Assembly: GCA_031383985.1 (NCBI GenBank)
Contig: JANNAE010000009.1
Location: 76,051 to 140,050, forward strand
Reading direction: 5' to 3'
Source of the DNA: Novosphingobium sp.
GTDB lineage: Bacteria > Pseudomonadota > Alphaproteobacteria > Sphingomonadales > Sphingomonadaceae
DNA: 64,000 nt
Made by a program: the position numbers and the translations under genes. The number at the start of each line of letters is the position of its first letter. Within the stretch, counting starts at the first letter, position 1. This document shows positions 39,374 to 50,201 of the stretch, in pieces. The notes under the pieces are model-generated. The model ran no database searches. It was not told the DNA's origin and saw only the letters and a program-made list of their open reading frames with translations.

Positions 39374-42300
39374 GTGTCTGCCCCGCTTGATCGCACTGCT
39401 GTGCGCAACGCCTATCGCCGTGACGAGGAGGCCTGCATTGCCGAACGGCTGCGTCAGGCTGCCCCCGCCACTGCCGTGCATGGCGAGGCCAGCCGGATTG
39501 CCGCGCGGCTGGTCGAGGGCGCGCGAGCGCTCAAGGCCGGTGGACTCGACGCGTTTCTGCAAACTTATGGGCTCGGCACCGACGAGGGCATCGCCCTGAT
39601 GTGCCTCGCCGAAGCGCTGCTGCGGGTGCCCGATGCAGCCACCGCCGACGCGCTGATCCATGACAAGCTCGCCGGGATCGACTGGTCCGATCACATCGGG
39701 GCAAGCAGTTCGACCTTCGTCAACGCCGCCACGTTCTCGCTGATGCTGACCGGCCGGGTGCTCGAACAGCGGCGTGATGCTGCGGATGGAATGGGCGGCA
39801 CCTTGAAGCGCGCGGTGGGCCGTCTGGGTGAGCCGGTGATCCGGCAGGCAACGTTGCAGGCGATGAAGATCCTGGGCGGTCAGTTCGTGTTCGGCCGGAC
39901 CATCGACGAAGCTCTCGAGCGCGCCGCGCCTGAGCGCAAGGCAAACTTGACGCACAGTTTTGACATGCTGGGCGAGGCGGCCATGAATTTTGCCGATGCG
40001 GAGCGTTACCGCCAATCCTACGCTCTGGCGCTCGACCGGATTGCGTCAGAAGCGGGCGAAGGGATCGTCCGCTCGCCCGGCATTTCGGTCAAGCTGTCCG
40101 CGCTTTATCCGCGCTACGAATATGCTCACGCTGCGGCCGCCACAGCCGCGCTGGTGCCGCTGCTGCGGGATCTCGCCGCCAAGGCGCGCGATGCCGATAT
40201 CCATTTCACCATCGATGCCGAAGAGGCCGAGCGGCTCGAATTGTCGCTGGATATCATCGAAGCACTGGCGGCTGACGACAGCCTGTTTTCAGGCGGCTGG
40301 CAGGGCTTTGGCCTCGCGCTGCAAGCCTATCAGAAACGCGCGGTGCCGCTGACCGAATGGGTGATTGCCCTGGCCCGCCGCCACTCTGGCCAATATCGGC
40401 GCCGGATCATGGTCCGGCTGGTCAAAGGCGCCTATTGGGACAGCGAGATCAAGGCTAGCCAGGTGGGCGGCTATGGCGATTTCCCGGTGTTCACCCGCAA
40501 GGTCGCCACCGATGTCTCCTACCTTGCCTGCGCCGCCAAACTGCTCGCAGCGCCCGACGCAATCTATCCCGCATTCGCCACGCATAACGCCTACACCGTG
40601 GGCGCAATCAAGGCGCTGGCCGGTAACACCGACTTTGAATTTCAGCGCCTCCACGGCATGGGCGAGGATGTTTACGGCGAGCTTGCCCGGCTTGAGGAAG
40701 CTGCCGGCAATGTCCGCACCCCGGTGCGGATCTATGCGCCGGTCGGCGGACACAAGGACCTGCTTGCCTATCTGGTCCGCCGCTTGCTGGAAAACGGGGC
40801 CAACAGTTCATTCGTCAACCGGATGGCCCAGACGCAAGTGCCGGTGGCCGATCTGGTGGGCGATCCGGTGGCCGAACTCACTGCGCTGGAACCTCGCCGC
40901 AATCCGGCAATCCCCCTGCCGCCGCAGATTTTCGGTACCCGCACCAACAGCGCCGGGGTCGATCTGGCCGATCCGCTGGTCCGAACGCCCTTGCTCGAAC
41001 GGCTGGGCGGGCTGGCGGGTACGCGCTGGGAAGCAGAGCCGACCGCGCTGGCCAGCAAAGAGGGCCCGATCCGCGAAATTCGTGCGCCGCATGACCACAC
41101 CCGGCTGATCGGGACGATGCGCGAGGCGACCGCCGCCGATGTCGCTTTCGCAGCAGAACGCGCTGCCGCCGCCCAGCCGACATGGGATGCGCGGGGCGGG
41201 GCCGCGCGGGCCAAATTGCTCGAAGCTGCGGCCGATGCCTTCGAAGCTCATACCGCTCAGATCCTGTCGCTATGCCAACGCGAAGCCGGCAAGACGCTGG
41301 CCGATGCGGTGGCCGAACTGCGCGAGGCGGTGGACTTCCTGCGCTTCTATGCAGGCGAAGCGCGGCGGCTGTTCACCAGCGACACCCCGCTTCCCGGCCC
41401 GACCGGTGAAAGCAACCGCCTGCACCTGGCCGGGCGCGGCGTATTTGTAACAATCAGCCCGTGGAACTTCCCACTGGCGATCTTCATCGGCCCCACTGCC
41501 GCCGCGCTGGCTGCAGGCAATTCCGTGCTGGCGAAGCCTGCCGAACAGGCCCCGCTGGTTGCGGCGCTGGCCGTCCGGCTGTGCCACGAGGCCGGGATTC
41601 CCGGCGATGTCCTCCAGCTGGTCCCCGGCGATGGCCGGGTTGGCGCGGCACTCACCTCCGACCCGCGAATTGCCGGTGTCGCCTTTACCGGCTCGGCCGC
41701 AACCGCCCGCGCGATCAATCGCAGCCTGGCAAGCCGCGATGGCCCGATCGCGACGCTGATCGCCGAAACCGGCGGCCAGAACGCGATGATCGTCGACAGC
41801 TCCGCCTTGCCGGAGCAGGTGGCGCGCGATGTTCTCGCCTCGGCGTTCCAGAGCGCGGGGCAACGCTGCTCGGCGCTGCGGGTACTCTACCTTCAGGACG
41901 ATGTGGCTGATGCGATGCTGGCAATGATCCGCGGCGGCTTCGAGGCGCTGGAGATCGGCGATCCGGAACTGCTCGCCACCGATGTCGGTCCGGTTATCGA
42001 CGCAGCTGCCAAGGCCGCGCTCGATCGGCATATCGCCGGGATGAAGAAGGCCGGGTGCAAGGTCTGGCAGCGCAAGCTGCCCAAGGGGACCAAGGCCGGC
42101 TGCTTCGTCGCCCCGACGATTATCGAGATCGCCGGCATTGACGTGCTGACGCAGGAAAATTTCGGCCCGGTGCTCCACGTTGCCCGCTTCGGCGCGGGCG
42201 AGCTGGAGGCGGTGGTCGAAGAGATCAACGCCACCGGCTATGGCCTGACGCTGGGTCTGCATAGCCGGATCGACGCGACCCGGCGGCTGGTTCAGGCCAA

Positions 42301-42502
42301 GGCACGCGCCGGAAATTTCTACGTCAACCGCGACCAGATCGGCGCGGTGGTGGAGAGCCAGCCATTCGGCGGCGAGGGCCTTTCGGGCACCGGGCCAAAG
42401 GCGGGCGGGCCGCATTATGTGGCGCGCTTTGCCACCGAACGGGTGGTCTGCATCGACACCACGGCGGCGGGTGGCAATGCCAGTCTGATGGCGGGCGGAT
42501 AG
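39374..42502 (+). CDS. putA: bifunctional proline dehydrogenase / L-glutamate-gamma-semialdehyde dehydrogenase
   Basis: A PRODH region (RLVKGAYWD, FATHNA) is followed by an aldehyde dehydrogenase half (ISPWNFPLAIF, ETGGQNAMIVD, GQRCSA). The GTG at 39374 lies 8 nt after GGAGAG and is preferred over the TTG at 39317. Confidence 0.88.
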   Translation: MSAPLDRTAVRNAYRRDEEACIAERLRQAAPATAVHGEASRIAARLVEGARALKAGGLDAFLQTYGLGTDEGIALMCLAEALLRVPDAATADALIHDKLAGIDWSDHIGASSSTFVNAATFSLMLTGRVLEQRRDAADGMGGTLKRAVGRLGEPVIRQATLQAMKILGGQFVFGRTIDEALERAAPERKANLTHSFDMLGEAAMNFADAERYRQSYALALDRIASEAGEGIVRSPGISVKLSALYPRYEYAHAAAATAALVPLLRDLAAKARDADIHFTIDAEEAERLELSLDIIEALAADDSLFSGGWQGFGLALQAYQKRAVPLTEWVIALARRHSGQYRRRIMVRLVKGAYWDSEIKASQVGGYGDFPVFTRKVATDVSYLACAAKLLAAPDAIYPAFATHNAYTVGAIKALAGNTDFEFQRLHGMGEDVYGELARLEEAAGNVRTPVRIYAPVGGHKDLLAYLVRRLLENGANSSFVNRMAQTQVPVADLVGDPVAELTALEPRRNPAIPLPPQIFGTRTNSAGVDLADPLVRTPLLERLGGLAGTRWEAEPTALASKEGPIREIRAPHDHTRLIGTMREATAADVAFAAERAAAAQPTWDARGGAARAKLLEAAADAFEAHTAQILSLCQREAGKTLADAVAELREAVDFLRFYAGEARRLFTSDTPLPGPTGESNRLHLAGRGVFVTISPWNFPLAIFIGPTAAALAAGNSVLAKPAEQAPLVAALAVRLCHEAGIPGDVLQLVPGDGRVGAALTSDPRIAGVAFTGSAATARAINRSLASRDGPIATLIAETGGQNAMIVDSSALPEQVARDVLASAFQSAGQRCSALRVLYLQDDVADAMLAMIRGGFEALEIGDPELLATDVGPVIDAAAKAALDRHIAGMKKAGCKVWQRKLPKGTKAGCFVAPTIIEIAGIDVLTQENFGPVLHVARFGAGELEAVVEEINATGYGLTLGLHSRIDATRRLVQAKARAGNFYVNRDQIGAVVESQPFGGEGLSGTGPKAGGPHYVARFATERVVCIDTTAAGGNASLMAGG

Positions 42503-42551
42503 AGCTTGCCGCTGGCACACGGGCGCGGCACATTGCATCCGGGAGATACCA

Positions 42552-44120
42552 ATGACCGAAACGCTTACCACGGCGCAAAAGACCGCTGATCTGTTCAGCT
42601 TTGACGAATTTATCCGGTACTGGGCCAAAGACCGTCCCGATCGGCTGGCGATGGAGGGCGATGATTTCGCGCTTACCTATGGCGAGCTGGAAGAGTTGAC
42701 CTCGCGAATCGTCGGCGGGCTGATGGCGATGGGGCTCAAAAAGGGCGACCGGATTGCGTGGTTCGGCAAGAACAGCGCAACCTATTTTACCCTGTTCTTC
42801 GCTGCAGCGCGCGCCGGGATCGTCATGGCGCCGATCGGATGGCGGCTGGCGGAACCGGAAGCCGCCTGGATCATCGGCAACAGTGACGCGAAAGTGCTGT
42901 TCCTGGGTGATGGCTTTGAGGCCTGCCGGGAAACGCTGGGCAAAGACGTGGCGCATTGCATGACTGCCGCCGAAGCGCGCAACTGGATGCAAGGCCTCGC
43001 TCGCGCTGATTTTGCCTCTGTCGGGCCAGACGATGCGGTGCTGCAACTCTACACCTCGGGCACCACCGGCAATCCCAAAGGCGCGGTGCTTTCCAACCGC
43101 AACCTCTTCGGGCTGCGCAAGGCGAGCATCGCCAACCCGCAGCCTCACACCAGCTGGTCCGATGATGAGGCAGTGCTGGTTGCCATGCCCTGTGCCCATA
43201 TCGGCGGCACAGGTCTGGGCATTGTTGCGCTTGCCTCGGGCCTTCCCGGCGTGATCCTTACGGAGTTTGAGCCAACGCGCGTCTTTGATGCGGTGGAGAA
43301 TCGCGGCGTCACTCGCTTTTTTGCTGTGCCCGCCGCGCTGCAACTGCTGCTAAATCATCCAGATTGCGCCAAAACCGATTTCAGCCAGATGAAGTATATC
43401 TCCTATGGCGCTTCGCCGATCCCGCTCGAACTGCTGCGCGAATGCCTCAAGATGTTCGGCGCTGGGTTTATCCAGAATTACGGCATGACCGAGACTACCG
43501 GCACGATCTGCGTGCTTCCGCCCGAGGACCACTCGCCCGAGGGCAATGAGCGGATGCGCTCGGCCGGAAAGCCGGTTACCGGAGTCGAAATCGAGATCCG
43601 CGGCGAGCACGGCCAGGTGCTGGGCGTGCGCGAGATTGGCGAAATCTTCACGCGCTCAAGCGCCAATATGCTAACGTACTGGAAACTGCCCGAAGCCACC
43701 CGCGCGACCATGAGCGACGATGGCTGGATCGCCACTGGCGATGCCGGTTATCTCGATGAGGACGGCTATCTGTTCATCCACGACCGGATGAAGGATATGA
43801 TCATCACCGGCGGGGAAAACGTCTATCCGGCGCAAGTCGAAAGCGCGATCTACGGCCATCCCGATATCGAGGAAGTCGCGGTGATCGGCGTACCGGATGA
43901 CAAGTGGGGCGAGGCAGTCAAGGCGATCTGTGTGGCCAAACCCGGCCACACCATCGATACGGACAGTGTGATTGCCTGGACCCGCGAAAGGCTTGCCGGG
44001 TTCAAAGTGCCCAAGAGCGTCGATGTGATCGAGGTGCTGCCACGCAACCCATCGGGCAAGATCCTGCGCCGCCAGTTGCGCGAACCCTATTGGGCAGGCT
44101 TTGACCGGCAAGTGAATTAG
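42552..44120 (+). CDS. AMP-dependent acyl-CoA synthetase/ligase
   Basis: [40 protein letters not shown] and [11 protein letters not shown]. Confidence 0.9.
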   Translation: MTETLTTAQKTADLFSFDEFIRYWAKDRPDRLAMEGDDFALTYGELEELTSRIVGGLMAMGLKKGDRIAWFGKNSATYFTLFFAAARAGIVMAPIGWRLAEPEAAWIIGNSDAKVLFLGDGFEACRETLGKDVAHCMTAAEARNWMQGLARADFASVGPDDAVLQLYTSGTTGNPKGAVLSNRNLFGLRKASIANPQPHTSWSDDEAVLVAMPCAHIGGTGLGIVALASGLPGVILTEFEPTRVFDAVENRGVTRFFAVPAALQLLLNHPDCAKTDFSQMKYISYGASPIPLELLRECLKMFGAGFIQNYGMTETTGTICVLPPEDHSPEGNERMRSAGKPVTGVEIEIRGEHGQVLGVREIGEIFTRSSANMLTYWKLPEATRATMSDDGWIATGDAGYLDEDGYLFIHDRMKDMIITGGENVYPAQVESAIYGHPDIEEVAVIGVPDDKWGEAVKAICVAKPGHTIDTDSVIAWTRERLAGFKVPKSVDVIEVLPRNPSGKILRRQLREPYWAGFDRQVN

Positions 44121-44157
44121 CCTCAGCCAATTTTGCCACTTCAATCAGGAAACCACC

Positions 44158-45426
44158 ATGTCTGAACCCCTGCCCGGCGCACTGAACCACATCCAGCAAG
44201 CGCTCGCCTTGTCGTCGCGGATCGACCACCTGCCTGCCGACACGCCGCTGCGCCCAATCGGCCGCGTCGGAGTGATCGGCGCGGGGACCATGGGCGGCGG
44301 GATTGCGATGAACTTTCTCACCGCCGGAATCCCGGTCACGATTGTCGAGCAGGAGCAGGCCGCGCTCGATCGCGGCGTCGATGTGATGGGCAGGAACTAT
44401 GCCGCCAGCGTCAAACGCGGACGGATCGAGGCCGCCGATGCCGAAGCTGCCATGGTGCGGCTAACCCCAACCCTCGACTTTGCAAGCCTGGCGCAGGCCG
44501 ATCTGGTGATCGAGGCGGTTTATGAATCGATGGAGGTGAAGAAAGACGTATTCGGGCGGCTTGATGCGATTGCCAAGCCCGGAGCGATCCTCGCCAGCAA
44601 CACCAGCTATCTGGATATCGACGCGATCGCAGCTGAAACTTCGCGCCCGCATGCGGTGCTGGGGATGCACTTCTTTTCTCCAGCCAACATCATGAAATTG
44701 CTGGAAGTTGTTCGCGGCGCGAAAACCGGCGGGGAAGAGCTGGCGACAGTCATGGCGCTGGCCGGGAAGATTGGCAAAGTTCCGGTCGTTTCAGGCGTGT
44801 GCCACGGCTTCATCGGCAACCGCATGCTCTCCAAGCGGCAGGAGCAGGCCAATGCCCTGCTGATGGCGGGTGCCAGCTATGTCGATATTGACGAAGTGCT
44901 GCTTGAATTCGGTTTCCCGATGGGGCCGTTCCAGATGGGCGATCTGGCCGGGCTCGACATCGGCTGGCACCGCGATCCGGCGCGGGTCGGAACCATCCGT
45001 GAAGCGCTGTGTGCGGTCGGCCGCTGGGGCCAGAAAACCGGCAAGGGCTTTTACGATTATGACGAGAGCCGCAAACGCAGCCCTTCGGCCGAGGTTCAGG
45101 CGATCATCGCCGATTTTGCCCGGAAGCAGGGCACGGCGCAGCGCGAGATCGTCCGTGACGAGATTCGCGAACGGCTGCTCTATCCGATGATCAGCGAAGG
45201 CGCGCTGATCCTCGATGAAGGCATCTCGCAGCGCGCTTCCGATATCGATCTGGTCTGGCTCAATGGCTACGGCTGGCCTGCCTGGACCGGCGGCCCGATG
45301 TACTGGGCGGATCACACCGGACTGGCAAAGATCGTAGCCGGGCTCGAACGGCACGGGCTACCGGTCGCTCCGCTACTCGCAAAGCTGGCGGACAGCGGAG
45401 GCCGGTTAACCGAGTTTGCTGCTTAG
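44158..45426 (+). CDS. 3-hydroxyacyl-CoA dehydrogenase
   Basis: [17 protein letters not shown]-binding motif, SNTSYL, and a C-terminal HCDH domain (GFIGNRM). Confidence 0.88.
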   Translation: MSEPLPGALNHIQQALALSSRIDHLPADTPLRPIGRVGVIGAGTMGGGIAMNFLTAGIPVTIVEQEQAALDRGVDVMGRNYAASVKRGRIEAADAEAAMVRLTPTLDFASLAQADLVIEAVYESMEVKKDVFGRLDAIAKPGAILASNTSYLDIDAIAAETSRPHAVLGMHFFSPANIMKLLEVVRGAKTGGEELATVMALAGKIGKVPVVSGVCHGFIGNRMLSKRQEQANALLMAGASYVDIDEVLLEFGFPMGPFQMGDLAGLDIGWHRDPARVGTIREALCAVGRWGQKTGKGFYDYDESRKRSPSAEVQAIIADFARKQGTAQREIVRDEIRERLLYPMISEGALILDEGISQRASDIDLVWLNGYGWPAWTGGPMYWADHTGLAKIVAGLERHGLPVAPLLAKLADSGGRLTEFAA

Positions 45427-45488
45427 TCGGTGCCAGCGGTTGGCCGTTCCCGCGCTTGAGGATCGGTCTGGCAATTTGAGTGCGGTGG

Positions 45489-46697
45489 TCAGAACCGCCG
45501 ACCCAAAGGCGTCAGCAGCAGGCTCGCCATCACAGCGAGAGCCGCGAAGAGCAGGAATAGACCTGAAAATCCGAAATATGGGACCAGCGCCAGGGCGAAC
45601 CACGGCATGACCAGCGACGGCATGGTATTGGTCAGGTTGAACAGACCAAGATCCCGCCCGCGCCGATCAGACCTGGGCAGCACCCGCAGTGTCTGCGCCG
45701 AATGCAGCGCCAGGAACACCGAAGTGGCAAACCCGAACAAGGCATAGGTGCCGATCGCTGCAGGCAAACTGCGCGCCAAGGCCATACCCACCAGCCCGAC
45801 CGCGGAAATCGCAGCGCAAATCACCAGCGGCGCTAACGGGCGGTCACGCCGATCAGCCCACCGCCCGGCGAGCAGCGCGATCGGAGCGGACAGCAACAGG
45901 ATCACGCTGAAGACCCGCGCTGTCCGATTATCGCTCATGGCAGGATCGATCGAACGAAACCAGAAGTAGAGATATGAAAACAGCGCGGCTTCGGCGATTT
46001 GTACTGCAAGCCGCGCTAGCCACATCCGCGATACCGAACCGTGTCGGTCCAGCAAGTCGGCCTCGATCACCCTGGCTGCTCGCTCCGGCAACGGAGAATC
46101 CGGCTCCGCAGCCTGCAATGGCGCACCCATGACAAGCACCGGCAGCACACAGCAGATGACAAGCAGCGCGACCACTGCCAACCGCGCGTCAGGCGATGCC
46201 AGGCCCGGAATAGTCACAACCGCGCCTGAAAGCGCGCCGAATCCCGGGGCAAAGGCCAACAGTCCGCCCAGCAGTCCCTTCTGGTCATGGGGCACGCAAT
46301 CGCCCGCCCAGGCCGCGAGCGGGGCGAGCATCATGTTGAGCCCGAGTTGCCAGCAGACGATCACCACGATCAATCCGGAAAGATCGCTCACCCTGCTGAC
46401 CGCGAACAGCAGGCCGCATGAGAGCGCCAGCCCAAGCCCGATCCAGCTGCGCCGATTGCCGGTGATGTCGCTCAGATAACCGAAGCCGATATGGCCGATG
46501 CTCGCCGCGATAGCTCCGGCAAAAGCGATATATGCCATTGCGGCGACGCCATTGTCTTCGCCCACAAGTGTCGAAACCCGAACCGGGAGCAGGATGGTAA
46601 GGAACGGGACATAGGCGATTGCGCTGCCAGCCCAGGCCAGCGCATAGAGTAACAGGAACCGGGTCGATTGCCGGGCAACCGGCACCCGATCAGCCAT
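45489..46697 (-). CDS. MFS transporter
   Basis: About 12 hydrophobic segments. The start was chosen at MADRVPV and overlaps the LacI stop by 8 bp. Confidence 0.8.
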   Translation of the reverse strand: MADRVPVARQSTRFLLLYALAWAGSAIAYVPFLTILLPVRVSTLVGEDNGVAAMAYIAFAGAIAASIGHIGFGYLSDITGNRRSWIGLGLALSCGLLFAVSRVSDLSGLIVVIVCWQLGLNMMLAPLAAWAGDCVPHDQKGLLGGLLAFAPGFGALSGAVVTIPGLASPDARLAVVALLVICCVLPVLVMGAPLQAAEPDSPLPERAARVIEADLLDRHGSVSRMWLARLAVQIAEAALFSYLYFWFRSIDPAMSDNRTARVFSVILLLSAPIALLAGRWADRRDRPLAPLVICAAISAVGLVGMALARSLPAAIGTYALFGFATSVFLALHSAQTLRVLPRSDRRGRDLGLFNLTNTMPSLVMPWFALALVPYFGFSGLFLLFAALAVMASLLLTPLGRRF

Positions 46698-47754
46698 CCG
46701 ATTGGTCTGGACAGGCGGCGACCGATCCACGTTCGACCAGGTCTGCCGACATCACCGTCAAGGCCTTGGGCCGCTCTTCGCCTTTCCGGGCGGCAATAAT
46801 CAGCTCGACCGCTTTGGAAGCCGTGGCGGCGATGGGCTGGTCGATCGCAGTCAAGCGTGGCTGGGTGAAATTCATCAGCGGCGTATTGTCGAAGCTGATC
46901 ACCGAAAGGTCTTCGGGCACGCCCAGTCCCAGCGAACGCGCAACCTCAAGGGTAGCCAGCGCCATTTGGTCATTGCTGGCAATGATCGCAGTGGGCCGGC
47001 CGGCTGCCGTGAGCAGCTGCCGCGCAGCGCGCTCGCCCGAGGCGTAGCTGAAATCGCCTTCCTCCAGCAGGTTCGCCGTCAAAAGGCCCACCTCCGCCAT
47101 CGCTGCCTTCCAGCCTTCGACCCGCCAGCCGCTTAGATTGTATTCGGGCGACCCGGCGATGAAGCCAATCCGCCGATGCCCCAGTTTCGCAAGATAGCGC
47201 GTTGCCGCTCGGGCCGAACCCTCGTCATCCATCGAAACCGAGATTCCCGCGCCGTTCTCTTTCGAGCCGATCCGCACGAAGGGGATGTTCTGCCCGGCCA
47301 GAAACTCGACAATCTGAGGATTGTCGGAATGCGGCGGGGTGAGGATGATCCCGTCGGGCTGGAGTGCGGCAATCGCTCCCAGCAGTTCGCGTTCGACGTG
47401 ATCGTTGTGAGTATCGACCAGCTCGAAGATCATCCGGTAGCCGTGCTCGGCGCATTTGAGCATGCCTCCCATTAGCATCTGGTCGACCCAATCGGTGCCC
47501 TGCCGCGCGCGCCAATCGGCGATGGTCCGTTCGCGGTCGTTAATCGCAAGGATCAAATACGAGCGCGAGCCGCTCATCCGTTGTGCCGCGATCGATGGGA
47601 CATAGCCCAGCTTGTCGATCGAGGACTGGACCCGCTGTTTCATTTCCGGGCGGACGTTGGGCTCGTCGTTGATGACACGGCTCACAGTCTGCAAGGACAC
47701 CCCGGCGTCCGCAGCAACATGCTTGATCGTCACCGCCTGGCGGCGCCTCGCCAT
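46690..47754 (-). CDS. LacI family transcriptional regulator
   Basis: TIKHVAADAGVSLQTVSRVIN HTH plus a sugar-binding domain. Confidence 0.9.
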   Translation of the reverse strand: MARRRQAVTIKHVAADAGVSLQTVSRVINDEPNVRPEMKQRVQSSIDKLGYVPSIAAQRMSGSRSYLILAINDRERTIADWRARQGTDWVDQMLMGGMLKCAEHGYRMIFELVDTHNDHVERELLGAIAALQPDGIILTPPHSDNPQIVEFLAGQNIPFVRIGSKENGAGISVSMDDEGSARAATRYLAKLGHRRIGFIAGSPEYNLSGWRVEGWKAAMAEVGLLTANLLEEGDFSYASGERAARQLLTAAGRPTAIIASNDQMALATLEVARSLGLGVPEDLSVISFDNTPLMNFTQPRLTAIDQPIAATASKAVELIIAARKGEERPKALTVMSADLVERGSVAACPDQSDG

Positions 47755-47757
47755 GCC

Positions 47758-48702
47758 TTACTTGCCCCCTTCGCCGGATTGTCCCGGGGGAGTGGTAGCC
47801 GCCGCGTCACCTTTTTGCCAGATACGAACCCAATCGATTGCGAAGTGTTTCGGGAAGCCCTTGGCCGAAACTCCGCCCAGACCCCGTTTCTCGGCCAAAC
47901 CGCCGCCAATTGCCAGGTTGAGAAGCAGGTGAAACTCCTTGTCGAACGGAGCACCGGGCGCTTTCGATCCGGCTGACCACCATTCACTGGCCGTCCGCTC
48001 GGCAAATGTCCGGCCATCGATCTGCCAGGTGATGCGATCATTCTGCCATTCGATCGCATAGGTGTGGAACCCTTTTAGCACTTCGGGGGCATGGACTTCG
48101 CTTCCCTTGTGCCGGTTGTCAGGCCACTTCGCGCCATAATGCAGCGTGCCCAGGATCGTGCTTTCGCGGCCGCCGGGGCAAGTGACGCAAGCAACCCCCA
48201 GATTGACCGCTTCGAGGATATCGATCTCACCCGATGCCGCCCAGCCACCATAGGCATCGGTTTCCGGCAGCATCCAGATCGCCGGCCAGACCCCTTGCCC
48301 CTGCGGCAGACTGGCGCGCACCTCGATCCGGCCATAGCGCCACGCCGCCTTCCCCCGGGTCGTCAACCGCGCGGAAGTGAACTCACGGGTGACCGCTGCA
48401 TTCGGATCAGATGCCCCGTGCCGCTGCGCCTTGGGCAATGCCGGGCCGGTCGACCGCTGGCGGCGCGCGGTGATGACCAGCTTGCCATCGACGATCGCGG
48501 CATTGTGCTTGCTGGTGGTATAGCACTGCCGTTCTTCGTTGCCGCCGCCCCAGCAATCGACGTCGAAGCCCCACTTGGCAGGATCGATAGCGGACTTGTC
48601 GAATTCATCCGACCAGACCAGCCGCCACTCCTCAGCAGCAGCCGGTTGCGCCGCAAGCAGCGACAACAGCGTTGCAGCCATTTTTCCCCAGTGGTTCATC
48701 AT
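47758..48702 (-). CDS. GH16 glycoside hydrolase (laminarinase / beta-glucanase-like), secreted
   Basis: Signal peptide MMNHWGKMAATLLSLLAAQPAAA. GH16 catalytic motif SGEIDILEA. Confidence 0.88.
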   Translation of the reverse strand: MMNHWGKMAATLLSLLAAQPAAAEEWRLVWSDEFDKSAIDPAKWGFDVDCWGGGNEERQCYTTSKHNAAIVDGKLVITARRQRSTGPALPKAQRHGASDPNAAVTREFTSARLTTRGKAAWRYGRIEVRASLPQGQGVWPAIWMLPETDAYGGWAASGEIDILEAVNLGVACVTCPGGRESTILGTLHYGAKWPDNRHKGSEVHAPEVLKGFHTYAIEWQNDRITWQIDGRTFAERTASEWWSAGSKAPGAPFDKEFHLLLNLAIGGGLAEKRGLGGVSAKGFPKHFAIDWVRIWQKGDAAATTPPGQSGEGGK

Positions 48703-50201
48703 GCCGCCTCAGCCTCCTTCGTAGCGCAGTAACGGGCGACATAGGCGTGATGCTCGGGCAACCCCGCGACGGTTTTGGTGATACTGTCGCGCAGGCCCGC
48801 GAGCAGCTGGTCGAGCTCCTCGTCGGAAAGCTTAGTCACAATCGGATGATAGGCATGCGGCAAGATCCCCTGGCCCATCATCACCTGAACCCAGCTGTTC
48901 TCGGCGAACAGCTCCTCGTTCTTGCGGAAGACCCGCCCGGTTTCGCGGAACAGCTCGATCTTCTGGGTCAGGCTGTCGGGGATTTCCATGTCGGCGCATT
49001 GCCGCCAGAACGGGCTGTCGCGCCGCTCGGTCGCCTTGTAGTGAAGGATCAGGAAGTCGCGCACCTGCAGCATGTCGGTATGCTGCTGATCGTTGAACTC
49101 CGCAACGTCGCGCGCGCTGACCTCGCCCATCGGCAGCATCCGGATCAGCCGCAGGATGGCGCGCTGGATGAGGTGGATGCTGGTCGATTCGAGCGGTTCC
49201 ATGAAACCACCCGAAAGGCCGACGGCGATGCAGTTCCGGTGCCACTGCTTGCGCCGCGCGCCGGTGGTGAAGCGAATGAAGTTGGGCTCAGTCAGCCGCT
49301 CACCCTCGACACTCGACAGCAGGCGCTCGAGCGCGGCGTCGCGATCAAGGTAGCGGCTGCAATAGACGATGCCGTTGCCCTGGCGGTGTTGCAGCGGGAT
49401 GCGCCACTGCCAGCCCGCATCATGGGCTATTGCGCGGGTGTAGGGTATCGGCGGGCGCACGCTAGCGGTCTGCACCGCAATCGCCGAGTCACACGGCAGG
49501 TAATGCGTCCAGTCATCATAGCCGACATGCAACGCCCCTTCGATCAGCAGCGCGCGAAAGCCGGTACAATCAAGAAACAGGTCACCCTCGATGCGCTGCC
49601 CCGATTCGAGCACCAGCGCAGCAATGTTGCCGGTCTCGCCATCGAGCTTGACCTCGGCGATCTTGCCCTCGACCCGGCGCGCGCCATCGGCTTCGGCCAG
49701 CTTGCGCAGAAAAGCAGCGTAGAGCGTCGAATCGAGTTGGTAGGCATAGTTCATCCGGTTTTCGGGGAGATGCGCAAACTTTTTGGCGTAGGCCGCCTTG
49801 AGCTCAAGGCAGTAGTCGTCAAAACTCCAGTCGTGCCCCTTGGTTCGTCCGTACATCCAGAAATGCTGGAACCCGGCCGACCAGTGGTCGCGGCCAGTGA
49901 GGCCGAAGGAATGGAAATAGTTCTCGCCCTGAACCTTCCAGTTCTCGAACTCGATGCCAAGTTTGAAGGTCGCCTGGGTTGCGCGCATGAACTCGGCCTC
50001 GCCGATGCCGAGCAGGCGGTTATAGGTAACCAGCGGCGGGATGGTGCTCTCGCCCACGCCGATCGTACCGATGGCATCGGATTCGACGAGGGTCAGCTCG
50101 ATCGCCTCGCCCATCGTTCGCGCCAGCGCGGCGGCTGCCATCCAGCCAGCTGTGCCGCCGCCGGCAACCACGATCCGCCGCTTTTTATATTCACCAATCA
50201 T
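48699..50201 (-). CDS. tryptophan-halogenase-like FAD-dependent protein (copy 2)
   Basis: [44 protein letters not shown] and [11 protein letters not shown]. Confidence 0.88.
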   Translation of the reverse strand: MIGEYKKRRIVVAGGGTAGWMAAAALARTMGEAIELTLVESDAIGTIGVGESTIPPLVTYNRLLGIGEAEFMRATQATFKLGIEFENWKVQGENYFHSFGLTGRDHWSAGFQHFWMYGRTKGHDWSFDDYCLELKAAYAKKFAHLPENRMNYAYQLDSTLYAAFLRKLAEADGARRVEGKIAEVKLDGETGNIAALVLESGQRIEGDLFLDCTGFRALLIEGALHVGYDDWTHYLPCDSAIAVQTASVRPPIPYTRAIAHDAGWQWRIPLQHRQGNGIVYCSRYLDRDAALERLLSSVEGERLTEPNFIRFTTGARRKQWHRNCIAVGLSGGFMEPLESTSIHLIQRAILRLIRMLPMGEVSARDVAEFNDQQHTDMLQVRDFLILHYKATERRDSPFWRQCADMEIPDSLTQKIELFRETGRVFRKNEELFAENSWVQVMMGQGILPHAYHPIVTKLSDEELDQLLAGLRDSITKTVAGLPEHHAYVARYCATKEAEAA